A stretch of DNA of 64,000 nt from assembly GCA_963833225.1 (NCBI GenBank), contig CAWHXD010000006.1, forward strand, positions 310,846-374,845, given 5' to 3'. This stretch comes from an uncultured Chloroflexia bacterium. GTDB taxonomy: Bacteria > Chloroflexota > Limnocylindria > Limnocylindrales > CSP1-4. Each line of letters starts with the position of its first letter. The first letter of the stretch is position 1. Below the pieces are notes generated by a model. It did not search any database and was not told the DNA's origin. It saw nothing but the letters and a program-made list of their open reading frames with translations. The position numbers and the translations under genes are program-made. Positions 31,061-41,831 of this stretch are shown piece after piece.

Positions 31061-31224
31061 CGGGTCGTTTTCAACCTCGCGCGGCAAGGGATCGATCGGC
31101 GGCGGGCGACGCGTGAAGCGCAGCCAATCCTCCCGGTGTGGATGAGGGCGGCGAAGGGTCATCCGGCACGTCATCCCGTTCCCTCCTACCCATCCGCTGC
31201 CCTCCGCCCAGGTCAGACGGCCCG

Positions 31225-31244
31225 GCTTGAGCCGTTTTTGAGGA
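31225..31244 (+). promoter_or_regulatory. Putative OmpR-family binding box, copy 3 (GCTTGAGCC-GT-TTTTGAGGA)
   Basis: Degenerate 11-bp-period repeat about 105 bp upstream of the HMA-DsbD_2 gene. Confidence 0.45.
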
Positions 31245-31348
31245 ACGCTTGCCCCGCGCTGGATTGGCGGAGCAGGTCGGTTCATGCACCCTGTTCCCAG
31301 CACCCGGTTTCCCGACTGGTGTGCGCCGGAACAGGAGCCAGCGTTCCG

Positions 31349-32926
31349 ATGTCCCGCCCGAAACGGGCCCGCATTTACCCGGAAGCCGCCGCCGTCCCCC
31401 CGGCGGTGGCTTCCATTGCGTCCGACGACGCGGACGAGCTGCATCGCCGCGCAACCGAGCTCCGCGAATACCGGATGGGTCGCGGCGCCCGGCCGGCCGG
31501 GTTCGAAACACCGGTGGTGCGCACGACCGGTACGGGCACGACCGCCGTCACCTTCCCGGTGCTGGGCATGACCTGCCGCGCCTGTGAGGTCCGGATCGGA
31601 AAGCACGTTGGACGGCTGCTGAACGTGGAGCGAGTCACGGCCTCAGCCGTCCGCGGCGAGGTCATGGTCGAATGCGCCGTGCCGGTCTCGGCGGCCGCCA
31701 TCGAGCAGGCGATCAACAAGGCCGGCTACGAGATCGGGCGGACGTCGTGGCTCGCCCGGGACGCGAAGGTGTGGGGAACCGCGGGCGCGGGGCTGTTGTC
31801 CGTTGCTGCCGTGGCGGTCATCGCCCAGGTCACGGGCATCGGGGATCTTGCCGCGGGCGCCGGCGACCTCGACAGCGGCGGTCTCCTGGTGGCCCTCCTC
31901 CTTGGGCTAGCCGCCGGCGTGTCGACCTGCCTGGCCATGGTCGGCGGCCTCGTGCTGGGCCTGTCCGCCTCCTTCGCCGCACGGCGGGCCGCGCGAGGAG
32001 AGGAGACGGGAGCAGCAACCGCGCTGCGTCCGACCCTCGTGCTCGTGCTCGGCCGGATCGTGGGCTACGCGGTGTTCGGTGCGGCGCTCGGGGCCGTCGG
32101 AGCGAGCCTCACGATGCCGCCACTCCTCACGGCCGCTTTGATGATCGGGGTCGCGCTCGTGATGACCATCCTCGGCACGCGTCTCACGGGGGTGTCCCCA
32201 AGGATCGCGGGCTGGTCGCCCACGCTGCCGATGGGCGTCGGCTCGAGGCTCGGCCTTGGGCGAGACGCCGGCGGCACCGCCTACTCCGACACCCGCGCCG
32301 CCACGCTCGGTGCCCTCACGTTCGTGCTGCCCTGCGGCTTCACCCAGGCGGTCCAGATCTATGCGCTGTCAACGGGCTCGCCGGCGTTCGCCGCGGCCTT
32401 GTTGGCCACCTTCGCGTTGGGGACCGCTCCTGGGCTGCTGGCCCTTGCCGGTCTCCCGGTCGTCGTGCCCAGCGCGGCTCGGCCCACGCTCCTGCGGCTG
32501 GTGGGCGTCATGGTGCTTGGCTTCGCGCTCCTGAACCTCACCGCCGGTCTCCGCCTGTCGGGGATCGGCCTGCCGTCGCTGGCCGGCATCGCGTATGCGG
32601 CACCCCTGCCCGGGACGCTAACGGCGGTCGGCGTCCAGGCCATTACCACCTACCAGGACGCCGATGGCTACAGCCCCGCCAACATCGTGATCTACGCGGG
32701 CTATCCCACCATCTGGACGATCCAGTCCTCGACCACCGCGACCTGTGCAGCCTCCCTGTGGGCGCCTGGGGTCGACATCCGGGCGCGGCTGGAGAAGGGT
32801 GAGAACACGTTCGAGCTGCCACCGCTCCAGGCCGGCACCCTCAACTACACGTGCGCCATGGGGATGTATGCCGGGAGGATCACGGTCGTGGATCCGCCGG
32901 CCGCCGAGGCCGGCTCGGGCGGATGA
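31349..32926 (+). CDS. HMA + DsbD_2/TauE-like membrane domain + cupredoxin-like fusion protein
   Basis: GMTCRAC, GVSTCLAMVGG, LPCGFTQ, C-terminal YTCAMGMY. Confidence 0.88.
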   Translation: MSRPKRARIYPEAAAVPPAVASIASDDADELHRRATELREYRMGRGARPAGFETPVVRTTGTGTTAVTFPVLGMTCRACEVRIGKHVGRLLNVERVTASAVRGEVMVECAVPVSAAAIEQAINKAGYEIGRTSWLARDAKVWGTAGAGLLSVAAVAVIAQVTGIGDLAAGAGDLDSGGLLVALLLGLAAGVSTCLAMVGGLVLGLSASFAARRAARGEETGAATALRPTLVLVLGRIVGYAVFGAALGAVGASLTMPPLLTAALMIGVALVMTILGTRLTGVSPRIAGWSPTLPMGVGSRLGLGRDAGGTAYSDTRAATLGALTFVLPCGFTQAVQIYALSTGSPAFAAALLATFALGTAPGLLALAGLPVVVPSAARPTLLRLVGVMVLGFALLNLTAGLRLSGIGLPSLAGIAYAAPLPGTLTAVGVQAITTYQDADGYSPANIVIYAGYPTIWTIQSSTTATCAASLWAPGVDIRARLEKGENTFELPPLQAGTLNYTCAMGMYAGRITVVDPPAAEAGSGG

Positions 32927-32977
32927 GGGCTACGATCACGTTCGACCTGTGACGCAACCGCGCACCAAGGAGACCAG

Positions 32978-33175
32978 ATGACCGAGCAGCGTACCGTCGC
33001 CCCCAACGAGGATCCCGTCTGCGGCATGACCGTGGACCTCGAGCAGGCTCGCGCCAAGGGCCTCGTCCGCGAGCACGGCGGCCGCGAGTACGGGTTCTGC
33101 GGCAAGGGCTGCTTCCTTGAGTTCGGCGACGATCCCGAGGCGTTCCTGAAGGCCGACTACAAGCCCGCGATGTAG
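32978..33175 (+). CDS. YHS domain protein
   Basis: DPVCGMTVD..YGFCGKGC..F..DPE; AAGGAG Shine-Dalgarno. Confidence 0.9.
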   Translation: MTEQRTVAPNEDPVCGMTVDLEQARAKGLVREHGGREYGFCGKGCFLEFGDDPEAFLKADYKPAM

Positions 33176-33228
33176 CGCCGATCCCGGGGCAGGCGGGCGC
33201 GTGCCCGTGTCGGTGGCACACTGCACCG

Positions 33229-33939
33229 ATGGAGCTGCGTCCCCACCGGGTCCTTGTCGTCGACGACGAGCCGCCCATCGTCGAGCTGCTGACCGGCTAC
33301 CTCGAGCGCGAGGGCTGGCTCGTGCGGAGCGCCCCTGACGGCCCGACGGGGCTCGAGGAGGTGCGGGCGTTCGAGCCGGACGTGGTCGTCCTCGACGTCA
33401 TGCTCCCAGGACTCGACGGGGTAGAGGTCTGCCGCCGGCTCCGGGCCTTCTCCGACGCCTACGTGCTCATGCTCACGGCGCGCGGCGAGGAGATCGACCG
33501 GATCATGGGTCTCACCGTCGGAGCGGACGACTATCTCGTCAAGCCGTTCTCGCCGCGCGAGGTTGTGGCGCGGATCAAGGCCCTGCTCCGGCGCCCGCGT
33601 GTCTCGGGAGCGGCGACCGCCGGCACCCCGCCGGCGCGATCCGCCGCGGCCGGCCTGGAGATCGACGAGGGGCGTCGCCTCGTGCGCGTCGACGGTATCG
33701 CGGTGGAGCTCACGGCACTCGAGTTCAACCTCCTCGCGCTCCTTGCCCGGGAGCCGGGCATCGTCGTCTCCCGCCAGGCGCTCCTGGACTCGCTGTGGGG
33801 GCCGGAGTTCGTCGGCGACGACCACCTGGTTGACGTCCACATCGCCAACCTCCGGCGGAAGCTGGGCGACGGGCCCGCCAGCCCGCGGTTCGTGGAGACG
33901 GTGCGTGGCGTGGGATACCGGGTGCGAGAGTCGCCCTGA
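33229..33939 (+). CDS. OmpR-family response regulator (paralog of 24477-25187)
   Basis: VLVVDDE, LDVMLPGLDG, GADDYLVKPF, ETVRGVGY. Confidence 0.94.
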   Translation: MELRPHRVLVVDDEPPIVELLTGYLEREGWLVRSAPDGPTGLEEVRAFEPDVVVLDVMLPGLDGVEVCRRLRAFSDAYVLMLTARGEEIDRIMGLTVGADDYLVKPFSPREVVARIKALLRRPRVSGAATAGTPPARSAAAGLEIDEGRRLVRVDGIAVELTALEFNLLALLAREPGIVVSRQALLDSLWGPEFVGDDHLVDVHIANLRRKLGDGPASPRFVETVRGVGYRVRESP

Positions 33940-35026
33940 TGCCCCGCAGCCTCCGCGCCCGACTCCTGCTGGCGTTCCTCGTGGTCGTCGCGGCAGCCCT
34001 CGGGACGGTCGGGATCGCCGTGCTGCTCGTCGGACCGGGCTACTTCGCCGAGGCGATGGGCCACCTGCCCGGCGACCCGATGGGTGACGCCATGGCCGAA
34101 TCGACCCAGGTCGCCTTCACGGATGCAATGCGCCAGGCCCTGGTGGCCGCCACGATCATCGCGGTGGCCACGGCGACCGTCGTGAGCATCGTCGTGGCTG
34201 GGCGGATCGCCCGCCCGGTGGGCGCTCTGGCGCGGGCGGCCCGCCGGATCGCCGGCGGCGACTACCGCGATCGCGTCCGGGTCAGCGAGCCCGGCGAGCT
34301 GGGTGAACTGGCGGCGTCCTTCAACGACATGGCGGGCTCGCTCGAGGCGACCGAGCGGCGTCGCCTCCAGCTCGTCGGCGACGTGGCCCACGAGCTGCGG
34401 ACGCCGCTGACGACGCTGGATGGCTACCTCGAGGGGCTCGAGGACGGCGTGGTCACGCCCTCGGCCCAGACCTGGCACCTGCTGCGGGCCGAGACGTCAA
34501 GGCTCACCCGCATGGTGAACGAGCTGTCGGAGCTGTGGCGCGCCGAGGCGCATCAGCTCCCGCTCCAGATTGCCGCGGTGGACGTCGCCGAGGCGGCGCG
34601 CGAGGTCGGCGAGCGCTTCGCGCCGCAGGCTGCGGCCCGCGCGATCACGCTGGCGCTGCCGAGCGGCCCCCGCGATGGCGATGGCCGACCGGGATCGTGT
34701 CGCGCAGATCATCGCAAACTTCCTGTCCAATGCCCTGCGTCATGCGCCGGACGGCTCCCGCGTGACGGTATCCGCCGGTCGCAGCGGGAGCTGGATCCGT
34801 GCTGCCGTCGCGGACGAGGGGCCGGGTCTCGCCACGGATCAGCTCGAGGCCGTGTTCGAGCGCTTCTACCGGGTGGACGCGGCGCGAAGCCGCGCGGCCG
34901 GGGGATCCGGGAATCGGGCTGGCGATCGTGCGCGCGCTGGCCGGCGCAATGGACGGCGTGGCCTGGGCCGAGAGCGATGGTCCGGGCCGGGGCGCGACGT
35001 TCCTCGTGGAGCTCCCGGCTGCCTGA
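33939..35026 (+). CDS. Sensor histidine kinase (frameshifts near 34668 and 34910)
   Basis: DVAHELRTP; NFLSNALRH and GLAIVRAL..FLVELP lie in successive alternate frames. Confidence 0.87.
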
Positions 35027-35085
35027 CGGACGCCCGGGCGGGCTCGCCTGCGGGGATGCCCCCCCGGGGCTACTCGCCCCTGAGG

Positions 35086-36561
35086 CTACTCGCCCTGGGC
35101 CTTGCTGTAGCCGGGTTCCCCGTCGAACGACTGCAGCCGCTCCACGTGGTTCCAGCGGTAGCCGGCCCCGGTGATCCGCCCGAGGAGGTCGACCAGGTCG
35201 CTGTCGCGGACCACGGCACCTTCACGGGCGACGAAGCGCAGCCGCCACCAGCGGACGTGATCGCTGGCCGCGATATCGGTGGCGGGGTACACCTTCGTAC
35301 CCCGGGAGCCGACCATCTTGAGCATCAGCCGATCACCGGCCAGGTCCTCCATCACCGGTCCGATCACGGCCGCGTCCCGGTCGTCCTCCACCATCACGTC
35401 CATGCCCACCAGCACGCGATCGATCGCCGCGTACCGCGAGGGCTCGTAGGACCAGCGAGGCAGCGGGGCCGCGCTCGACGGCGCCCGTCGCGTCCGGCCG
35501 GGGATGATCGGGCCGCGCTGGCCCAGGTTCGCGATCACGGCGTCGGTGAACGCGGTGGTCGAGGCGGCCTGCGCCGCGTCGCCGCCGGTCTGGCGCGCGA
35601 GGTCCTGCGTCATCACGGTGCCCGACGCCAGCGTGGCGAACACGGCGTTCTCGACGGTATCCGCGACCTGCGGCTCACCGATGTGGCGCAGCATCATGAC
35701 CGCCGACAGGATGAGCGCGGTCGGATTGATGACGTCCTTGCCGGCGTACTTGGGCGCCGAGCCGTGGACGGCCTCGAAGATCGCGACGTCGTCGCCAAAG
35801 TTGCCTGACCCGGCAAACCCGAGCCCGCCCACCAGCCCCGAGGCGAGGTCGCTCAGGATGTCGCCGTTCATGTTGGTCATGACCAGGACGTCGAATTGCG
35901 CCGGGTCCTTGGCCAGCTGGTGGGCGGCGTTGTCCACGATCACGTGCTGGGCGGTGATGTCCGGGTAGTCGCTGCTGACCTCCTCGAACACCCGCTTGAA
36001 CATGCCCTCGGTGAGCTTGAGGATGTTGGCCTTGGTTGCGCAGGTGACGGTCTGGCGGCCCTCGCGGAGGGCGAGCTCGAAGGCGTAGCGGATGACCTTC
36101 TCGGAACCCTTGCGGCTGATGACCTTGAGGGCCTGGGCGACATCGGGCGTCTGCATGTGCTCGATGCCCGCGTACAGGTCCTCGATGTTCTCGCGGACCA
36201 GCACGAAGTCGATGCCTTCACCCGCGTAGCGGGTTGGGACGCCGGGCAGCTGCCTGGCCGGGCGGATGTTGGCATACGTCTCGAACAGCTTGCGCAGGGT
36301 GACGTTGGCGCTCTTCTCCCCGAAGCCGACGGGGGTTTCGAGGGGGCCCTTGAGCACGACGCGCGTGCGCTCGATGGAGTCGCGAGTTGCCTGGGGGACG
36401 CCCGACGGATCGCCGCGCTTGAACACCTCCGCGCCGGCGTCGGCCTCCTCCCACTCGATCGCGAGGCCGGCGGCGGCGATGATCCGCTGGGCGGACCGGA
36501 CGATCTCCGGGCCGACCCCGTCGCCGGGGATGAGCGTGATCCGGTGCGGAAGGCCTGGCAT
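35086..36561 (-). CDS. icd: Isocitrate dehydrogenase (NADP, Thermus-type with C-terminal extension)
   Basis: ITLIPGDGVGPE, KGPLETPVGFGEKSANVTLRK, NMNGDILSDL, FEAVHGSAP, YSKAQGE end. Confidence 0.93.
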   Translation of the reverse strand: MPGLPHRITLIPGDGVGPEIVRSAQRIIAAAGLAIEWEEADAGAEVFKRGDPSGVPQATRDSIERTRVVLKGPLETPVGFGEKSANVTLRKLFETYANIRPARQLPGVPTRYAGEGIDFVLVRENIEDLYAGIEHMQTPDVAQALKVISRKGSEKVIRYAFELALREGRQTVTCATKANILKLTEGMFKRVFEEVSSDYPDITAQHVIVDNAAHQLAKDPAQFDVLVMTNMNGDILSDLASGLVGGLGFAGSGNFGDDVAIFEAVHGSAPKYAGKDVINPTALILSAVMMLRHIGEPQVADTVENAVFATLASGTVMTQDLARQTGGDAAQAASTTAFTDAVIANLGQRGPIIPGRTRRAPSSAAPLPRWSYEPSRYAAIDRVLVGMDVMVEDDRDAAVIGPVMEDLAGDRLMLKMVGSRGTKVYPATDIAASDHVRWWRLRFVAREGAVVRDSDLVDLLGRITGAGYRWNHVERLQSFDGEPGYSKAQGE

Positions 36562-36659
36562 CGGGGATCTCCTGTTCGAGGTTGCGGGCTGCGTGCAGGT
36601 CACGGTGGCGGAGGGGCGCGGGCTGATTCTGCCGCATGCACCCACCCGGTGCCGAGAGC

Positions 36660-37964
36660 CTACGGAGCGCGGTCCGCGAAGCGCTCGATCGTGCCCCGGT
36701 AGCAGGACACCCAGACCGTCCGGGTGGCGGCGTCGTAGTCGACGCCGATGGGGTGCACGCCCTTGGTCACCAGGCGCTGGAGCACGACCATGTCGCGTGT
36801 CCGCACCTTGACCAGGGTCTGGCTCTCGTAGTTGACGACGTACAGGCTCCGGCCGTCCGGCGCAAGCACGATCGTCCGTGGGTTTCGACCCGTTGTCACC
36901 CGGTCCACGACCCGCTTGGCCCGGATGTCGATCTTCACGACCTGGCCGCCGGTGTTGAGCGACGCGTAGAGGTACCTGCCGGTGGGGTCGATGACGAGAT
37001 GGCGCGGCTCACCGTTGAGATACGGGATCAGCGTCCTGAGCTTGCCAGTCGCGAACGTGTACACGAGCACCCGCTGCCCGGACTCCGCGGACAGGTAGAC
37101 CTTCGACGAATCCGGCGCGAAGGCGATGCCGCGCGGGTTTCCGCCCACGACGATTCGCTTGATCTGGCGTCCCTTGCGCAGGTCCACCAGCGAGACGTCG
37201 CGGTTCGTCCAGTTGGCGGCCAGGAGCCAGCGGCCGTCGGGGCTGACGCCCACCGCCTTGGGCACCGGGCCCACGCGGAACACCCGCGTCTTGCGGAACG
37301 TGGACAGGCTGATCTCGTACACGAACGACCGGTCGATCGTGTCGTCCACCCAGCCCGTGTCCCAGCCGGGGTGGTTGAAGCCGGGTCCGTACATCGAGTA
37401 CTGCGAGACGTAGATGTGCTTGTGGTCGGGGGCAACGGCGGCTTCCACGGGGGCCCCGTTCACCCGGCTCGGCCAACGATCGAATCCGAAGCGCGAGAGG
37501 TTGACCCGGTCCGAGATCGTCTTCACGAGCTCGCCCTTGCGGTTGTACACGGTCATCGTGTGCCGGTACATCATGTTCTGGGCGAAGAACAGGCCGGTGC
37601 CGGTGGCGACCACGGACTTGGGCGAGATGTTCCCGCGGATCACCGGCAGGCGGCGCAGCCGCAGGGAGTCGGATGGTGGCGTTGTGGGGCTCGGGGTGGG
37701 GCTCGGCGTCGGTGAGGCGGTCGCGGTGGGCGCGGGTGTGGGGGTTGGCGACGGTGTGGTGTCCGGCGTCGCAGTCGGCTCGGGCGTGGGGGTCGGCGCG
37801 AACGTCGGCGTGGGATCCGCCGCGAGTGTGAGCTCCGGCTCCGGCCCGGGTCCAGCGGCGACCGCGTGCGCAGGCCCGACGGGCGCGGGCGCAAGCGTGC
37901 CGGCGATGAGGCCGGCCATCAGCAGCGCGAGAGATGCCACCCTGGGCGTGGGTCGCGTGGGCAT
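36660..37964 (-). CDS. Secreted YncE/YVTN beta-propeller protein with PT linker
   Basis: Signal peptide, PTPTP linker, VGPVPKAVGVSPDG, NPRGIAFAPD, NPRTIVLAPDG repeats. Confidence 0.85.
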   Translation of the reverse strand: MPTRPTPRVASLALLMAGLIAGTLAPAPVGPAHAVAAGPGPEPELTLAADPTPTFAPTPTPEPTATPDTTPSPTPTPAPTATASPTPSPTPSPTTPPSDSLRLRRLPVIRGNISPKSVVATGTGLFFAQNMMYRHTMTVYNRKGELVKTISDRVNLSRFGFDRWPSRVNGAPVEAAVAPDHKHIYVSQYSMYGPGFNHPGWDTGWVDDTIDRSFVYEISLSTFRKTRVFRVGPVPKAVGVSPDGRWLLAANWTNRDVSLVDLRKGRQIKRIVVGGNPRGIAFAPDSSKVYLSAESGQRVLVYTFATGKLRTLIPYLNGEPRHLVIDPTGRYLYASLNTGGQVVKIDIRAKRVVDRVTTGRNPRTIVLAPDGRSLYVVNYESQTLVKVRTRDMVVLQRLVTKGVHPIGVDYDAATRTVWVSCYRGTIERFADRAP

Positions 37965-37993
37965 GAGGTCCTGGGTCCTTGGTCCGCCATGGG

Positions 37994-38027
37994 CGCGGCG
38001 GGAGCGGCGGGAGCGGCGGGAGCGGCG
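37994..38027. repeat. 9-bp tandem repeat (GCGGCGGGA), about 3.5 copies
   Basis: Directly visible in the intergenic region. Confidence 0.7.
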
Positions 38028-38082
38028 CCATCATCGCCGATCCGCGCCCGGGCCGGGTACCGCCAGAAAGTACGATGCCACC

Positions 38083-38373
38083 ATGACCCCCGACGCCACG
38101 CTACCCGCGATCGTGATGACGTTCCCCACCCTGGACCAGGCCGAGTCCGCCCTGGACTGGATCGGGCTGGAGTTCGTCGAAGGCGAGGACCCGGGCGGCG
38201 GCTGGTTTGCGGGCGAGCTGGACGAGGACGCCGCCGAGCGGCTCGCCGCCATCTCCGGGGACGGCGACACGCCGCCGGAGGTGCAGGCGCTGGCCGTCAT
38301 CCTCCGTCAGCGCTGGCTCGACCTGGCAGCGGACCGCGGCTGGCGGGTCACCTTCCCGCGTCTCCCGGACTAG
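38083..38373 (+). CDS. Small hypothetical protein (96 aa)
   Basis: TACGAT-6nt-ATG start; GC-rich third codon positions; fills the intergenic gap. Confidence 0.65.
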   Translation: MTPDATLPAIVMTFPTLDQAESALDWIGLEFVEGEDPGGGWFAGELDEDAAERLAAISGDGDTPPEVQALAVILRQRWLDLAADRGWRVTFPRLPD

Positions 38374-41093
38374 GTGCAGGGCAGGCTCGCCACCAGCACG
38401 CCGTCGGCCTCGCTGAACGTGAACCCCTCCTCCTCGAGGAGCTCCCGCATGCCCTGGTTGGCAGGGTTCAGCTCGGACACCAGGTGCCCGACGCCCTCAC
38501 CGCGCGCGACCTCCACCGCCGCTCGCAGCAGGTGCGCTCCCACGCCGCGCCGCTGCCAGGCATCGGCCACGGTCATGGTCAGCTTCCGGTCCGTGGAGGC
38601 ATGCACCCGCGTGACCCGCGCGATGCCCGCGAACTCCGGCGTCTCGTCACCCTCGATCTCGGCCACGATCGCGAACTGGCGGTCGTAGTCGGCGAAGCAG
38701 ATTCGCTGGAGGCGGGCGTGGGCCGCCCGCTCCTCGAGGGGCCGGTGCACGCCGTACCGCGAGAACACGGTCTCGGGCGACAGGCCGGCGTGGAACCGGG
38801 CGGCCGTCGGCTCATCCTCGGGGCGGACGGGCCGGATCAGGAGCTTGGCTCCGTCGTCGGTGACAGCTTCGTGCTCGTACTCGTGCGGGTACGGCCGGAT
38901 CGCGAACCGCGGCAGCTCCGCGTCCGGGATCGAGGACGGGTGGAGCATCACCCGCGCGTCGAGAGCGATGATCCGCTCCGGCGATGCGAGCAGCGGGTTG
39001 ATGTCGATCTCCGCGATCCGCGGCTGCTCGGCCACGAGCTCGCTGAAGCGCACCAGGAGCGCGGCGAGGACCTCCTCGTCGATCGCCTTGCGGCCACGGA
39101 CGCCCTTGAGCGCGTGCGAGATCATCGTCTCGTTGATGAGGCCCAGCGCGAGCGTGGTGTTGAGCGGCGGCAGGGCCAGGGCGCGGTCCCGGAAGATCTC
39201 GACCAGCTGCCCACCCATCCCGAACAGCAGCACCGGCCCGAACTGCGGGTCCGGCGAGGAGCCCACGATCAGCTCGTAGCCGGACCAGTTGATCATCGGC
39301 TGGATGGTGACGCCCTCGAAATGCTCCGCGCCGACCTTCTCGGTGACCGAGTCGCGGATCTTGGCGAACGCCTCGCGGACCGCCTCCGGGTTGCGCAGGT
39401 TGAGGACCACGCCGCCGACGTCGGTCTTGTGGGTGACCGTCCGGGACAGGAGCTTGGCGACCACCGGGTAGCCGATCTCGTCGGCGGCGGCGACGGCCTC
39501 ATCCTCGGTCTGGGCAAGCTCGGTGTCCGTGATCGGGATTCCGTAGGCGGCCAGGACCTTCTTTGACTCGTACTCCGTGAGCAGCGTCCGGCCCTCGGCG
39601 CTGACCTCGGCAATGATGCGGTCCACTTCCTCGCGGAACTCGCCGCGCTCCGGCGCGACGGGCAGGCGGGGCGTCTCGTACAGGGCCTGGAGGTTGGTGT
39701 CGTAGCGCCACAGGTGGTTGAACAGGATGCAGGCCGTGTCCGGGTAGGCGAAGGTCGGGATGCCGGCCTCGCGCAGGATCCGGGCGCCCTCTTCCACCTC
39801 TTCGCCACCCATCCAGGAGGCGAGCACCGGCTTGCCCTCGATGTGGGCGTGCTTGACGAGCGCCTTGGCGGTCTCGGTCGGGTCCGTCATCGCCTGCGGC
39901 GTCAGGATCACCAGCAGCCCGTCCGTCTCGGGGTCCGCGGCCGCAACCTCGAGCGCCTTCGCGTAGCGGTCGGGCGGGGCGTCGCCGATGATGTCGATCG
40001 GGTTGTTGTGGCTCCACACCGCGGGCAGGACGGCGTTGAGCGACTCCATGGTCTCGGGGCTGATGGCGGAGAGCTCGCCGCCCCCGCCGATCAACGCGTC
40101 CGTGGCGATGACGCCCGGGCCGCCCGCGTTGGTCACGATCGACAGCCGGCGCCCCTTGGGCCGGGGCTGCTTGGCCAGGATCTCCGAGATCTGGAACAGC
40201 TCGCTGATCTTCTCGACCCGCAGCACGCCGGCGCGGCGGAAGGCCGCGTCCAGGACGTCGTCGGAGCCCGTGAGCGAGCCGGTGTGGGAGGCGGCCGCCT
40301 TTGCCGCCTGGGCGGTTCGCCCGGGCTTGATCACGATGATCGGCTTGGTCAGGGCGACCTCGCGCGCCGCGGACAGGAACGCCCGCGCGTCGCCGATGGT
40401 CTCCATGTAGATCACGATGGAGTCCGTGTGGGGGTCGTTGCTCATGTAGTCGATGACGTCGCCCCAGCCCACGTCGAGCATCGAGCCCAGGGACACGATC
40501 GAGCTGAACCCGACGTCCTCGTGCGCCGCCCAGTCCAGGACCGCCGTCAGCAGGGCGCCCGACTGGCTGACGAAGCCGACTCGGCCAGGATTCGCGATGC
40601 CCGCGGCGAACGTCGCGTTCAACCGGCCGACCGGGTTCATCACGCCCAGGCAGTTCGGGCCAACGACGCGGATCCCCCATTTCCGGGCGGCCGCGAGGAC
40701 CTGGCGCTCGAGCTCCATCCCCTCCGGGCCGACCTCCTTGAACCCGGCGCTGATGATGATCACGCCCTTGATGCCGGCCTGGCCGCACTCGTCCACGAGC
40801 CCGGGGGCCGTCTTGGCCGGGGTGACGATGACCGCCAGGTCCACCGGCTCGCCGATCGCGCCGATCGACGAATATGCCTTGACGCCGAGGATCGCCGGGC
40901 GGGTGGGGTTGACCGGGTACACGGTGCCGCCGAACGGAGACGACAGCAGGTTCCACAGGATGGTGCGGCCGACGGAGCCTTCCTTCTCGGTCGCGCCGAC
41001 AACGGCGACGGAGCGCGGGTGGAAGATCGCGTCGAGCGGCTCGCGCTCGGGCGTATGGGTGGTGGCGTCGGTCGCCGGTGAGGTGGCGGTCAT
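38370..41093 (-). CDS. Bifunctional acyl-CoA ligase (NDP-forming) / GNAT acetyltransferase (Pat-like)
   Basis: [48 protein letters not shown]-terminal GNAT WQRRGVG. Confidence 0.93.
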   Translation of the reverse strand: MTATSPATDATTHTPEREPLDAIFHPRSVAVVGATEKEGSVGRTILWNLLSSPFGGTVYPVNPTRPAILGVKAYSSIGAIGEPVDLAVIVTPAKTAPGLVDECGQAGIKGVIIISAGFKEVGPEGMELERQVLAAARKWGIRVVGPNCLGVMNPVGRLNATFAAGIANPGRVGFVSQSGALLTAVLDWAAHEDVGFSSIVSLGSMLDVGWGDVIDYMSNDPHTDSIVIYMETIGDARAFLSAAREVALTKPIIVIKPGRTAQAAKAAASHTGSLTGSDDVLDAAFRRAGVLRVEKISELFQISEILAKQPRPKGRRLSIVTNAGGPGVIATDALIGGGGELSAISPETMESLNAVLPAVWSHNNPIDIIGDAPPDRYAKALEVAAADPETDGLLVILTPQAMTDPTETAKALVKHAHIEGKPVLASWMGGEEVEEGARILREAGIPTFAYPDTACILFNHLWRYDTNLQALYETPRLPVAPERGEFREEVDRIIAEVSAEGRTLLTEYESKKVLAAYGIPITDTELAQTEDEAVAAADEIGYPVVAKLLSRTVTHKTDVGGVVLNLRNPEAVREAFAKIRDSVTEKVGAEHFEGVTIQPMINWSGYELIVGSSPDPQFGPVLLFGMGGQLVEIFRDRALALPPLNTTLALGLINETMISHALKGVRGRKAIDEEVLAALLVRFSELVAEQPRIAEIDINPLLASPERIIALDARVMLHPSSIPDAELPRFAIRPYPHEYEHEAVTDDGAKLLIRPVRPEDEPTAARFHAGLSPETVFSRYGVHRPLEERAAHARLQRICFADYDRQFAIVAEIEGDETPEFAGIARVTRVHASTDRKLTMTVADAWQRRGVGAHLLRAAVEVARGEGVGHLVSELNPANQGMRELLEEEGFTFSEADGVLVASLPCT

Positions 41094-41366
41094 CAGGATC
41101 CTCGGATCAGGGTTCGGGCGCAGACATGCGGGCGCACGGAATGCGTATCCGTAGGGTTGCCCCGATGCCCGTCGGGCGCAACGGGCCACTCGGCCGCCCG
41201 TGTGCCCCAATCGCCCGTCACCACGGGGGCCATTGGCCCAACCGACGCGTGCCGTGCGGGCGTCGTCGGCAGAGGGTCCCGTGAGCGAGCCTGTCCGCAG
41301 AACGGGCTAGACTGCTGACCGCCATCCGGGACCGGATCCCGGAACCCCCAACGCAATGCAGGGTTC

Positions 41367-41831
41367 ATGAGCACTCCTGTCGCGCGGCTCCGCCGCCTGC
41401 ACCCCGGCTGGATCCTTGCCGTCCTGGACGTCCTGGGCCTCGCGATCGCGAGCTACCTGTCCGTGGTCGAGCTGGGCGGCGGTGTGCCCTACTGCGGCCC
41501 GTTGCACGGCTGCGAGACCGTCGCGACGAGTGACTTCGCGTGGGTCGGCCCGCTGCCCGTTGCCGTGTACGGGGTGTTCCTGTCGCTGCTGCTGCTGACC
41601 CTGGCCCTGATCTGGGTCCGCACGGACAGGCCCGCGCTGCTGGATGTCCACTACGGCCTGTCGTTGATCGGCGTGATCTTCGAGATCTACTTCATCGCGG
41701 TCCAGGTGTTCGTCATCCACGCCGTCTGCATCTGGTGCACGCTCTACGGCCTGTCGCTGATCGCCCGGTTCTTCGTCGCGATGGCCATCTGGCTTCGCCG
41801 GGGGCGGCTCTCGGCGAAGCTCCGCTCCTAG
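41367..41831 (+). CDS. Vitamin K epoxide reductase family protein
   Basis: YCGPLHGCETV loop cysteines, PVAVYG, CIWC active site. Confidence 0.92.
   Translation: MSTPVARLRRLHPGWILAVLDVLGLAIASYLSVVELGGGVPYCGPLHGCETVATSDFAWVGPLPVAVYGVFLSLLLLTLALIWVRTDRPALLDVHYGLSLIGVIFEIYFIAVQVFVIHAVCIWCTLYGLSLIARFFVAMAIWLRRGRLSAKLRS

Noticed and set aside
21273-35085. Copper cluster as a tRNA-integrated island
   Set aside because: No integrase and no duplicated tRNA 3' end were found by eye.
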